A stretch of DNA of 64,000 nt from Bilabrum cf. latius (taxonomy: Eukaryota): NCBI GenBank assembly GCA_965178125.1, contig OZ237755.1:372001-436000 (forward strand), written 5' to 3'. Shown piece after piece: positions 24,501-36,770 of this stretch; positions within the stretch are counted from its first letter, which is position 1; each line of letters starts with the position of its first letter. Position numbers and translations under genes: made by a program. The notes below the pieces were generated by a model. It ran no database searches and was not told the origin of the DNA. It saw only the letters and a list, made by a program, of their open reading frames with translations.

Positions 24501-27500
24501 TCGCGCAATGGCACCGGTTTCTCGCCGCCGTCTTCCTTGCTAGACGAAGACTCCAACGCATGCGGTTCGAGGGTCTGCTTGAGCTAGTTTCTCTTGTTGC
24601 GATGCTCGTACTTGAGCTGGTGCACTGAACGAGCGAGGGTGGGCAGTTGCTTGCAGCACACCTGGTTGATGCGGTCTACCGCCAGCACGGGGCTGCTCGG
24701 CAGCTCAAAGAATGGCCGGATCATTGAAGCATCGGATTGCGACAACCCAAGCTTCCGAATCAGCACGCCCTACACTGCGCCCCAATCAATAGCATTAGAT
24801 CCAGACGCCTCGGAAGCTCCAGCACCAGGGGTACCTTCAGAATGCTGCGTCTGCCCAGACTTGGCTCTAGCAAGCCGGGCATCCTCTCGCAAGACTGCCA
24901 TGTGAGTTGCAGAGAGCAAAATGGACAGCTTGCTCCGCGCCTCCGCGGCTCTGACCTCGGTCTCGAAAGTGGGAACCCCGGGCGGTAGCTTTGTGCGACT
25001 AGGTGCATGCTCTGGAGCAGCCGCGGACACCCCGTCTTGTGCTGCGGTTTCAGCGCGGTCCAGCTGTGTCAAAGCCTCTCGAGCGTTCGGAACTGCAAAG
25101 ACTCCGCACATTTGGGCAATGCCGGCAGCCAGGTTGGTTGAGGACAGCCGGAGATACCACTCGCCGGTGGCATCCGAAGCGGCATCAGCTGCCTGTGCTG
25201 CGGCACTGATGACGTCACACGCAAGGATGCTGCTCTTGATGAGCTGCCCATTCGAGAGGAGAGTCTGCCGAAGTTGCTCGATCGAACACACGTCCGAACC
25301 ATCGGACGGTGCAGCCCGTTTCTAGCTCCCTCGGCGTTTCAAAGCTGAGTGACCATGGCTTGAGGATGCGGTGCTTGAAGAGCCTCCGGAAAACTACCTT
25401 GTTGAAGTGTGCTGCACCAACTGCCCGTCATCACCGGCGGCCAGTCCATTGAATGTCAAGTTAGTCCGCACGCGGTCCCAGTCGTGCTATCCTGGATGCA
25501 GGCCAAGCGCACACGCAGTCAACAGATCATCGATTCTAAATGCGCTGATTACATCGTCAAGGCTGCCATCGCCGTGCGAGGAAATGTGCTGCAAGATCCC
25601 AACTGCGATGCCTTCTTTTAGCTCAGTACCGTCCCAGAGCAAATCGTAGCAGAACTGTAGGTGCTCCTTGGGCTGACCTCCTTCCTTTCGGCGGCGGTAC
25701 ACCGTCCCAAGAGCCATGCGTCTCATCTGTGAAATGCCCTATCGACCGCAGTACCGAGCAAACGGGGTGGTCAGGTCCACGGGAAGCTGCACCAGGGTGC
25801 CTTCGTGGTCCAGAAACACTGCTGCGCTCTGTCCTGACGCAGCATCAGCACTGACAAGAGCATCGCTGATCGCTGCATCTCCAAACATAGCATCGTCGCC
25901 AGCACTAGATATTGCGCTAGCACCGGGTGGCCCATCCGCACCCTCGCTTTTCACGGGGCTTGAATCGCCAGGAGTGACAGTTCCGGCCCCCGACGCTGGT
26001 GAAAACCCCGCCTGTGGTCGCGCCTTTGCCAATGCAACGCTCCTCCTTTCAGTCAAGACTCTCATCTCAATCTCTTCGCGGCGCAGGACCTCAGCAAGTG
26101 GAGAGAGAGCAATGAGACCCTCCTCGCCGATCAGGTGCAGCAACTGCGACGATATGTTTGATGCGGTACCATCTGCTGACCTCACCAGTGCAGCTGCAGT
26201 GAGCGCTGACATGGGGGCATACCTTGGCAGCACGACGGCAGGCTCGCACCGAAGGGCGCCTCGATTTGAGGCGACGGTAGACAAAGCATCCACTACCAAG
26301 TCTTGGACCCTTTGCATCGTTAGCTAGGTCCAAGTCTACCCTCTGCCGCGAGCGGTCATGCCATTTGTCTCTTGCTCTCGCTCCATTGCAAGCAGCTGTC
26401 GCACCCCAGAGGCGGCTGCGGCCGAGTATCCCGATGCTGCGCCCGCCTGTGACAGCATGGAGGCCGCTCGACTGGAGGCACCACCTCTCGTGGAGGCGAG
26501 CTGCTGAACGAATCTCGAGCGCCCGTCGGCCGGTCTGCCGCCAGAAAGCAACTGAAAGCCGCTAATCTCGGGCTGACGGTCACGAACAAGCCTGTTAAGT
26601 GCACCCGTCGCAGTTGCGGGTAGGTCGTACGATAGATCCGTCTATTCTGCAGTAACCTACGAGAACAAGTGGTACATGAGATCAGATCGCAATTTGGAGC
26701 CAGGTTTGGACAGCGCGTTGACGGCATCCGCCAGATACGCCATTTCAACTTCTGGTCTTTCCGGCAAGGAGCTGTCCCCCAACAGCTGTCGTGCAGAAGG
26801 CCTGCTTTGAGGTGCTGCGCTCACCATCCTCAGTATGAGGTCTTGGGCCCTCCGCGGGACGTGCGACTGGCAGTCGGCCACGATGCAACCATTCCGCAGC
26901 TGCTCCAATGCGATTGCTCGCTCCATCCTTGTTTTAAAGGGCGGGCAAAAACACTCAAACAGGATGATGCCGAGCGCAAAAATATCCACCTTGGGCCCGT
27001 ACCCCTGCCGCCCCGCCCCCGAGCCTTCCGCCCCCAAATCCACGCCGCCGGCCTCCGGAGCCATGTATGCCAGCGTGCCAGCTCCGTGAGTGATTGTGGG
27101 ATGCGTTGCTCCCATCTCGTCGCCCATGGCATCTCCTATCGCCGCTTCTTCCAGTCGCTGAGACAGCAGCAGGTCACCCCCAGCGCCATCTGTCGAAGCT
27201 GAGCCGTCGAGTCGGTGACCTCCGCGGGTGCCGAGGGCAGCGGCAGCTCGAATAGCGCGAGCACGCACGCCGTCCAGCATCTGCTTGGATATCGCTGCCA
27301 CGGCATGGGAATTTGTGCCACCCCTATCAGGTGCATCGTGTGAACTAGTATCTCCGGGTGCTGACCGATGTGCGCTCACCTTGGCGGACTAGATTCTGTC
27401 GGTGGCAAGTCCAAAGTCGCCTAGTTTAACGACGAGGTTCTGTCCATTGGATCGACGACTGTCCCGAGATCGTCCGTGGCGATGCGACTTGGAAAATCCC

Positions 27501-29749
27501 ATGGCTACATCCGTTTGCTGCAAGAAAATGTTGCTAGGCTTAAGGTCTCTGTGGATCACGTTCTTGCCGTGCAGGTAGGCAAGGGCCTCGAGCACCTGGT
27601 GAAACAGAGACCAGATCAGAGCAGCGTCTTTGTGCAGCTTCGTGTCATCGATCACCTCGCGCATGGTCGCACCATTGCAGAATTCCATGGTGATGTAGAG
27701 GTATCGCCGCGCGGCATGCGATGCAGTCGCGCTCTCAGTGGATGCTGAATCCGTAGCACTCGGCGCATCGCCAGTGGCACCGACGCCTCGCGCAGGACGG
27801 GCGCTGAGCATGCTGTCTTCTGGGTTCTGCATCGAAACCAGCGAAGACGACGCACTGCCGCTTCCACCGAGTGTTGCCTGCTTTGCCTTTGCATCGCGGG
27901 CGGAAATCGGCGCGCCCGGGCCACCGCCACCAGAGTCGTCACCCGGACCGCTGGCCTCCACTGCAGGAACTTCAGCGAAAAGACCAGCTGCAAACTTCTT
28001 GAGCGAGTCATCAGGGCCCTTGTGGTCGCCAACAATAGGTAGTTTCTTTGTCTAGCCTGCTTGCTGCTGAAGCAGCAGACCCTCGCCGAGACCGGGCGTC
28101 CTGCCCCGTGAGGAGGAGGACCATCCTGAGGAGGCGTTGTCGTCGTCACCACTGCTGCTGTCACTATCGGATGAGTCCGAGTCAGACCCAGACTTCCCGA
28201 ATGATCCCGTGGAATCAGAATCGCTACCATCAGAATCGCTGCCAGATCCTGCGGTGCTATCGCTACTGTTGCTACTGGACTCGTCCCAAGCGGTAGACTC
28301 GGAAGGGTCTGGCTCACCCAGCGCTTCCTGTTTCGCGATTGCCTTGCCCGCATCGCTAAGACCTGTGCTTCTATTTGGGTCAGCATCAGCAGACTTGTCC
28401 GCAGCAGAATCTGCAGAGTCTTGTCTTGCCATCGATTGCGCGCCCAAAGAACGCCTTGACCGATGCAGCACAAGTGCGACTTCGCCATCGCTGCCACTGC
28501 TCGTGTCCGATTCAGAGCCCGATTGGCGCAACGTCGCATCCATCCCAGCTGCGGCACCAGAACCCGACCTTCCATCGTCCAGCACCGCCGCTGCTTGCTT
28601 TGCTAGCGGGCTCGATCTCTTGACACGTACCCTGTGAGGGGGCGCCCATTCCAGCCAAGCCTGGTAGTACCTCACGATATTGCGATGGAACAGCCTACTA
28701 AGGGTAGTCACCTCGCGCAGAATCTTGACATTGAGTCTGTCGTCGTCTGCTTCCAGCCTCACCCTCTTCACCGCGTACCACAGCCCATCGAGCCTGTTCT
28801 TTGCCTTGAGGACCCGCCCGAACCCGCCCTTGCCAAGCAGGGTGGCTCGGTGGTAGTCCGTCCGGAATCGATCACGCGCGTACTATCGAAAGGACTGCCT
28901 GCTCGATTTCGAATCGCCTGCACTGTCCTGCTCTTGCGGCCTTCTCCTCGAATCTGCCTCCAGTGGACGGGCCACAGCGAGAGCAGCAGCAATAGCCGCT
29001 TGCTCTGTGCCGGTAGCAGCCACGCCACGGCCTGATACATCTGTCCCGGTCTGCTTGGCTCCTGCGCTTGCCTGTCCGTATCCTTCGCCGGCAGTGCTGT
29101 CGGAAGAACCAGCGATCCGCAGCAGCCTCTCCCGCTCGCCGGCCCTGGCTCTCTGCTCAAGCCTTTCTTTCGCTGCGATGACGAGCCTTTTCTGGTGCTC
29201 TGCTGCCTTCAATCTAGCTTTTCCTTCTACTATGTGGTCTTCTTCCAGCGCTGCCTCTTGCTCCCTCCTGAGTGCATCCGCGCGCTCATCAAAGGCGTTT
29301 CGCTTTGGTGCCGCAGCCGTCGATGCCACGCCATCTTCATCGGAGACATCATCGTCCCACCGTGCCAATGCTGCCGATACCTCACTAAGAGCATCCAGTA
29401 CAATGGGGGCTTCAGGCTCTGCGCGCTGGTACGCGTTCTCCAAAGCCGAACGAGAGAAGCCTACCAGCCTTGTTTGCTATGTTTCGCTGAGACCGAATGG
29501 CCGCAAGGCTCTCTCAGCAACTGGAGGCCGCTATGGATCTATCGGATACTATTTAGGAAGCCTGATTCGGATGTGAGCTCCCTTTCGCAACCCAGTCGGG
29601 GTTGTCGCGGACACCAATACGCTGAACATTGCCTGGCCCCTCTTGTCCCGTCCCAAGTCCTCAAACTCCCCCTCTCCGCCATACACGGCGCCCACAGTTT
29701 CCATTTCATCTCTTTGCAATTCTACGCATCTTTCTACGCGTGCCTACAT
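21521..29749 (-). CDS. GCN2: eIF2-alpha kinase GCN2 (RWD - kinase - HisRS-like - C-terminal region), ~2742 aa; start approximate
   Basis: RWD ELQRDEMETVGAVYG..EFEDL..LPK*YP. Kinase LGKGGFGRV, YAVKRV, ILREVTTLSRLFHRNIVRYYQAW, LYITMEFC, HRDLKPSNIF, VKLGDFGLAT, GTLAYMAPE, KVDIFALGIILFE, PFKTRMER. HisRS-like FLDHEGTLVQLPVDLTTPFARY..GQPKEHLQFCYDL. Thirteen track ORFs share one frame and are separated only by TAG; ends TGA. Confidence 0.92.
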
Positions 29750-29917
29750 TCTAGGAGGGAAAATGAAAGGCATGGATTGGGAGCAAACGGAACGTTCGTT
29801 CTGCAGGAGTTCGTCGTACGCTGAGCAGAGCGCGAGACGAGCGCACGCATTGAATGGCACAACCTACATCTTCACGTAGATCTGAGGAACTTTGTTTGCT
29901 TGCGTAAGTTCATAGGC

Positions 29918-32268
29918 ATGGAACGTTTGCCAGGCTATCGAAGGTTCCGCATCGCACAAGCCGAGAGCGACTTGACGGTGCAGAAATTCAAGGATGCTCT
30001 TTCCGCGACCTATTCCGGTGAGATAGAACCAGCAGACTCAGTCTTATGGGTCACAACACTAAATTAAGCTGGCATGTGTGCTAAAAATGGTTGTAGTGCG
30101 CCCCAATTCTCACAGACTTGGACACTGATTGCATTTTGCACAATGGGGCCGCGCTGCAGCCACGCCTCGACATGCGGCTTCATGATATTGGTCTTGGAGC
30201 AGGAGAAGAGATTCACGTGCGTTGTTTAGAGCATACAGAGGACCGACCACCATCGGCTACTCTTCAGGTGCCAGCCGCAAAAGCACAATCCCCTGCTCCG
30301 TCGGCTGCGTAGGGTTCACCACACCCAGTTGATTTTGGAACAACGATCCGAGGAGAGGCTTCCAGACCCAACGATACGATGAGATCCAAAACTTCAAAAC
30401 TATCCGCATATTTTAAGTCTGGCGTCACGTCCAAACGTAGGCATGCATCGGCCGAGAACAACGGAGGGGGGGGGGGGCCGAGTCTCTCGGCGAGGGGCGA
30501 TGCACGCGACGGCCGTGCAGCCGCTTGGAAGGTATTTGCTGGTCCAGAAGGAGCGTTGATCGAGCCAGAAGGACCAAAATTACTGGAGGACGTTGATTTT
30601 TCGGCATCATAGGCTCATCGAGGCAGAGAACCACTTCCAGCGGAAGGCAAAGTGTCCAGCGTCTCCACCACTGCCCGGACGCAAGCTAGTTCGACGGAAT
30701 CCCGTGTACAGCCAGCACTGAAGGGTAGCAAAGTTTCGCAATTTGTTGTTGATTTTCCGGTTCGCAGCAGCATAACACCATCGGTGGTGCTTGCAAGCTC
30801 AAACTCCAGACACCAAAGTCGAACGGCCAACACGCGCTTACAGACCCACCGGTGCGTAACCGAGGCAAGCGTTGTCCCTCATGAGTTAACAACTAGGTCG
30901 GTGTCATTTCATCGGGAGGCTGTACCCGCCTCCAGCACCGACGTCTCCCCGACACATTCAGCAAGCTGGGCACGCGTCGGCGGTGGGCCACCTCTCGCCG
31001 CCCCTCAAATCTTGAGAAAGCACAAGACGTCAGTTGCTGACTTCGACTAGACCCCACATTTATTTTTGAGGCTAGATACCCCTCGCGCTAGGAGCTCGGC
31101 AGGGCCCGGCTGGCACGTATTTACGACGCTGCAGTCCGTTGATTCCGAGGGTCCCAGTGCGGCCCGATGTCGAAGCAACCTGTGGGCGCGAGTGTCTGCA
31201 GAATTTGCGAGGCGCATTGGAACGCCAGACGAAATTCTCCAATAGCAAGGGATCTCCGATGGTGACGGCGACTCGGTTGTTCTTGTCCCCGTGCTGTGCA
31301 GGGTACCCAAGATTGTGGAGGCGCGTCTTGTCACGCGGAGCGTGTTGCTTGCCGGTGCGGACGGCGAGCGGTAGCACCTCGGCTCGACCTCCTCGCCTCA
31401 TTCTGCTGCTTCATTGCAAGAACGAGCAGTTGCAGCGCCATCGTACGATGTGCCTGCGATACCGGGCCCGAGCACGTCTCAGTCGGGCTACTATCCCACT
31501 GTGCAGGAAGTTTCTCCCGCCCAGTCCAGCGCTTCGAGCCTTCGGGCTAGCCCGAAAACCATACCTTTCGGCAGCTCTTCTGGTGATTCGTACGAGCTGG
31601 GCAACCATCCGTTGGCATTGCTGTCACTACCGCGATCTAGTCAGACCGGCTATGTAGCAGCTCCCACAGGCACGACAAGCAGTACAGATATGGCGTCGGA
31701 CGAACCGAGCAGCACGCAAAGGTACGCCAAGGAAACTGCAAGCAGTCGCGGCACTTTCATCCCACCTATAGAGTCGGAACAAAGCATGGCGGCTGTAAGG
31801 CGATGCAGCGCGAGCGAACCGACTGGCCCGGTGGATAGAGAGCAAGCATCGTCCAGTAGTCCCGGGACGCCGGCCCCAGCTGGCAGCCACGGGCAATGGC
31901 TGCCTGTAGATGGCAGCCACATGGTGAGGCAGCCAGCAGCACCCCTATCTGCGTTCTCGCAACCCGCGGAGAGGCAGTATCTACGTGCCTCAGCCGCTGG
32001 GCCTTCGCACTACCAGTAGGTGTTGAGCGGGTCGGAGCTTACCCGCGACTTGCGCTAGCCCGGGGCCACCAGAGCACCGGCACGCAATGAGAGCGAGGTC
32101 GTGATGCCGGTTCAAGAGAGCAGTGCTCAAGAACACCATCCAATGGCACCGCAGATGGGCGTAGGTTTCAGCCATGGGTGGCGATCGGTGCGGGGTCCGA
32201 GCATACGAAGCGAAGGGTCAAAGGATTTCGTCCTGCGCCAAGTGCAGCGCAAAATGCCAGAGAGATGA
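29918..32268 (+). CDS. Hypothetical protein with N-terminal ubiquitin-like domain; exons 29918-30017, 30116-32268
   Basis: LTVQKFKDAL...ILHNGAALQP.LDMRLHDIGLGAGEEIHV resembles a UBL fold. A phase-1 GT-AG intron at 30018-30115 joins the halves. ORFs starting at 30118, 30379, 30652 and 31414 share one frame via TAGs; TGA at 32266. Confidence 0.6.
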
Positions 32269-32399
32269 CTGGGCGTATATTATCCAAGCCCAATTATTTG
32301 ACGGCACTGCTGATCTTATAGATGCAAAAATTGCTGTATTGGACATTTCCCATCCAACAAGGTTGACAGCCGTGTCCTCCATACGATACCAGGACACCG

Positions 32400-34493
32400 T
32401 CATCGTTCCCTGTGTGAAGATGCCTGCACTGCGGCTGCTGCAGCTCTAGCGGCGGTCGCTGCTGCCGAGGCTGCTTGAGCCGGGGTCGCAGGACTGCGCA
32501 TGTCTGGAGCCACCGATGCAAAGCCATGCTGCTGATGCGCATACGCATGCACTGCCTCGTCCACGGCCGCACTAGTTTGCGCAGCTGATGTGCTCCCTTG
32601 TGTCGCAGCCATGCCCGTACTGCCTGCTAGAGACTGATAGCTCCCCTGACCAATCGTACCGATGCCATCAACCAGATGCTGCGGCTGGGGGTCGCTGCCT
32701 GGGCCCCGAAACGCTCGCATCTGCTAGGCAAGCACAGATGACTGGCCAGACTGCAAAGCTCCGACTGCCCGCATTCTTGGTGCGCTAGCCGGCAATCCGC
32801 CAAAAGACCCCTGTCCTTGTCCTGCCGCCACCGCAGACGCTGCTGCTCGCTGCGCACTCATGGACTGCATGGGTGTCCGTGCCTGCGCACTCTTGCGCTT
32901 CCTGCCACGCGTTGTCTCTGGCAGGCCATCCCGCCTGAATGCCTCAGCTAGCTCCGACTCCGCGGCGGCCTTGGCCATTGCGGGACTGACCTTGTGCACC
33001 CTCTCCAGATGCCTCTAGTAGTTTGCTTTCCTGCTGAACGACCGGTCGCAGTCCTTGCACATCAGCGTGGGGGCCCTGAGGTGCTTGGACCGGCGGTGCC
33101 GCATCATGCTGCCCTACTGCGTGAAGCGCATGCCGCATTCCGGGCACGAGTACCGCCCGAGCTGTGCGGGCTGCTTCCCGGACTTGCGGGGCACCACCGC
33201 TGGCGGTCTTGCACTGGATGATGCCGGCCCGCCCACGCCTGCACCGGGATGAGCCGATCCATGGAGAGCAGCAGTGCCAGCACCCTCTATCAATGGCCCG
33301 CTCTACAACCCAGGCGGTTGAAGGGTTGCCAAAGAGCCAGAGCTTCCTTGGCGTGCGTCCGGCCTGCTGTGATGCATGGGCGAACCGCTGGGCTTGCCAG
33401 AGGCAGCGGCAGCAACTGCGGCAGCAGCGGCAGCGGCCGCGGCGGCCGCACTCTGGTTCTGGTCTAAAGACTGCTGGTCCTTCCTCGTCGCCTAGCTGTC
33501 AGATGTCTGCCCAGAGGTTGAAGATGCGTGCGGTACCATGGTGGGGGGCAATCCCAGCCCAGACGCGATGGTGCCACCGGCCGATGCCGAAGAGGAAGAG
33601 GAGGACAAGGACGATGGCTGGGAGGCAGAGGAGCCGGATGACGGTGTTGCAAGGGGATGCGTGCCAACAGGACCCGGGAGCTGCTGCAACGCAGGACCAC
33701 GGCCAGACCTGCGAGTGCTCGTTGCGGCTGCTGCGGCTGCTGCTGCGACTGCCGCTGCATTGATAGCCCCTGGGCTTTGCGCTGCTGATTCCGCTTCGGG
33801 ACGATGTGGCCCCGGGTGGCTGCTCATCGGCCGTGCGTTACCATGCACCAACTTCTTGTGCGCAGAGAGATGGCTACTCTGGTAGAATCTCTTGTGGCAG
33901 ATGTCGCATTCATGGTCTCGAACTCGATCGTGCACAGTCTTTACATGCGTCTTGAGATCGCCTTGCCGCGAAAATCGCTTTGGGCACTGGGAGCACTGGT
34001 ATTTCCTCTCTTGCTAATGGACTGCCTTAAAATGACGCAATAGATTGCTCCTCCTGGTGAAGCTTTTCGTGCACATGGTGCACTGGAGTGACTTGGAGTC
34101 GGGCAATGGCGGAACCTGAGACGAGCCGTCGTCGTCGACAGCGGCCACAAGTCGGCTGCCGCTAGGGGGTTGATGCCCCCCTGCCGCCCTAGATCTACTA
34201 CTTGCTGGCATTGCATGCTTACGCGAGAGGCCTGCGTCCCTCTGGTGGGCTGCTGCTGCCTCGGCTGCTACCGCTGCCGCAGCTCGGGCTGCTGCAAACG
34301 CCCCAGACTGCTGTTCAACCCTAGCTCGCTTGCTGGCTTGCTACAATGGCTATGAAACATTACTGTTTGACTATCTATGCGTCGAGTTTCGAGCAGCCTC
34401 GCTGAGAACGTCGAGTCCCTCCATGTTTTCGTCGCGACCTCTCTTTGCGCCGGCAAACAGCGCTTCTCGCACAGCCTCCCCGTTAATGCTCAT
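32400..34493 (-). CDS. C2H2 zinc-finger transcription factor (3+2 fingers); 5' end uncertain
   Basis: Fingers CTMCTKSFTRRSNLLRHFKAVH, CSQCPKRFSRQGDLKTHVKTVH, CDICHKRFYQSSHLSAHKKLVH, CPECGMRFTQ*GSMMRHRRSKH and CKDCDRSFSRKANY*RHLERVH. Ends TGA at 32400. The frame stays open upstream of ATG 34493. Confidence 0.85.
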
Positions 34494-35395
34494 GTTGTGT
34501 AAAGCAGTGGCTTCGCGATTATCGGGTGAAGCAATGCTCTCAGCTTGCCCTTCAACGGGTGGATAGACTCCGGTGAGGTGCTAAACGACCGGAGCTGCAT
34601 CAAAATCAAGACTAGCAGGCTATGTGCACGTTATCCACCAAGCCCAGGGCACCAGGCTGCGAAGCTTGCAAAATAGCCACAGCTCAGCATGCGACCAAAG
34701 TTGTGATGGGATCATAAGACAACCAATCTTGCTGTTCTCCTGTGCAGCTGTTAATGAATAATGCAATCGTAGACCACCGTCTGCCCATCGACAAGCCAAC
34801 CTCCTCTGCCATGGTTGCGCCGATGGCCACCAACATCAGGCAGTCGCTGTGTGCTGCCTCGAAATGCTCACGGGGCACAATATATGTGCAGTGTGGTTTA
34901 CCTCTCCCAAGCCGCGCGCGAGCAATCGTGCGAATCGAACGTGCTCGCAAACGCGGCACCGGCGCTGATGCCTTCCGACACACCCGGTACCAAATCAAGA
35001 AGGCTGCCAGTTAGCCAGCTCCCCGCCCCACTACACAACGACTGCGTGCCAGAACAGGCCGCATGGCATCGGTCTTGTGCGTCCAACAACTAGAGCTACG
35101 GCTGCATGCCAGCCAGCCGTCTCCTGCTGGCACGGACTCGGAACCCACGCTCGCTTCAAGCAATTGGTGTGCTCGTCTTGCCCACATCGTCTCTGTCGCC
35201 ATCCTTGGCCGGGCAGCTGGGCGAGAGATCGGGGCTGCACCGCGTCAGGGATTGCTCGTGCCTCTCACAGAACTGCCCGTTGTGAGAGATCATCAGGCGT
35301 GTCTATGCAATGCAATGCAATGCATGTTCATGTTCTCGGCGCAATGCTATTCCAGCCCAGTGGATGGATGAGAGAGCAGCGGTGGCCCGCCCCCC

Positions 35396-36549
35396 TCACA
35401 GGAAGTAGTCGGGAGTTCGCCTGGTCACGGTCATCTCTCCCTTGCGGGGAGCATACTCGTACTGCTGAAACTTGTAGGCGAGCGAGTCGTCCAGCTCAAG
35501 GATGGCTGCCTTGTTGCCGCAGCGGTAGCAGTAGTTGGGGGCGGAGAACACGGTGACCACGTTTCTTTCGTGTGCCCAGTTGAAGCCCTCCATCACGAGC
35601 TGGTGCGCCCTCGCCACTAGCCGCAGGTTGTTCCTGTGGTTGAACTGCATAGAGATGTCCTGCCCGAAGGTGTATCCCGCCCCGCGGGGGCTCACGCCCC
35701 ATCCCTACCTGTCGTCTGGGTCGGACCAGAGCAGGTCGCACATGGGCCCCTCGTGCGGCACCTCTTGCACCCGGTCCAGCGAGCGGACTGCGTCCAAGGT
35801 CGCGATCACGGGGCTCAGCCCGCCGTGGGGACAAAACACCTGGTTCTCCACCAGAGCAGACAGAGGCATGTAGTCGAACAAGTCAGTGTACATCTTCCAA
35901 ACCGTTGCAGACCCATACTTGCGCAGGCACTCGTCGTAGAATCCGTACACCTGGGTAATCTGCCTGGATTCGTGATTCCCACGCAGCACCGTGATCCTGG
36001 TGGGAAATCGAACCTTAAGGCAAACAACCAGCGTCACAGTCTCGACCGAATAATAGCCCCTGTCGACGTAGTCTCCCAAAAACAAGTAGTTGGTGTCCGG
36101 TGGATCTCCACCAATCCTGAAGAGTTCCAGCAAGTCAAAGAACTGACCGTGGACATCGCCTACCAACGTGACTGGCGCGCGTACGGGCTGCACATTGGGT
36201 TCTTCCATAAATATTGCTCGCGCCTGCGGTGGTGGCACACGGTCGTGATCGCATAACACATCACAGGGGTGGTGGGTCCTCCGTCGGCTGCAAGATCTCG
36301 ATGGCAGGGCAGCCGGTCGGCACCCAGCTAGCGTTTGGACCGCATTTTAGGTCTCATGCAAGCTTTAATCCTCACCTTATCGCAGAGCTGCCGAACCTAG
36401 GCTTCCGAGAGGGGTTTGCACTTCTTCAGCTAGTCAATCCAAGCATCCACATCCGACGTCGCACGGGACTTTTCTCCAGCTGTTCCAGCGGCAATTTCCT
36501 TATGACTGGATGGTGCAGTCGCACTACTGCTTGATGACACCGCTGCCAT
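35396..36549 (-). CDS. PPP2CA: Protein phosphatase 2A catalytic subunit; exons 36549-36376, 36223-35396
   Basis: [66 protein letters not shown] and the diagnostic C-terminus [12 protein letters not shown]. Intron 36224-36375 (AAG|GTGAG..CAG|GCG). Three in-frame TAG. Confidence 0.97.
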
Positions 36550-36770
36550 GCTACCTCAAAGGATAACTAGGCAATGGGAGCCGCAATCGATCTTTCTCCC
36601 CTGGCTCCGAACTCGATGCGTATTAATCAGATTCATGGAATCAAAGTTGCGTGTATGTTCAGGCTGGCGACCGTTGGCGAGATTTCATCTCCAGTCACAG
36701 TTACTGGTATTCCGGAGCTTTGTACCACCAAGGCAGAAGGAATTCTAGACTAATATCTCTCCTAGGAATC

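Noticed and set aside
35396-36549. TAG as Trp (A-to-I editing), Leu, Glu or pyrrolysine
   Set aside because: The informative conserved sites (PP2A twice, GCN2, SHPRH motif V) correspond to Gln in homologues. U-to-C editing cannot be excluded from DNA alone but is less parsimonious.
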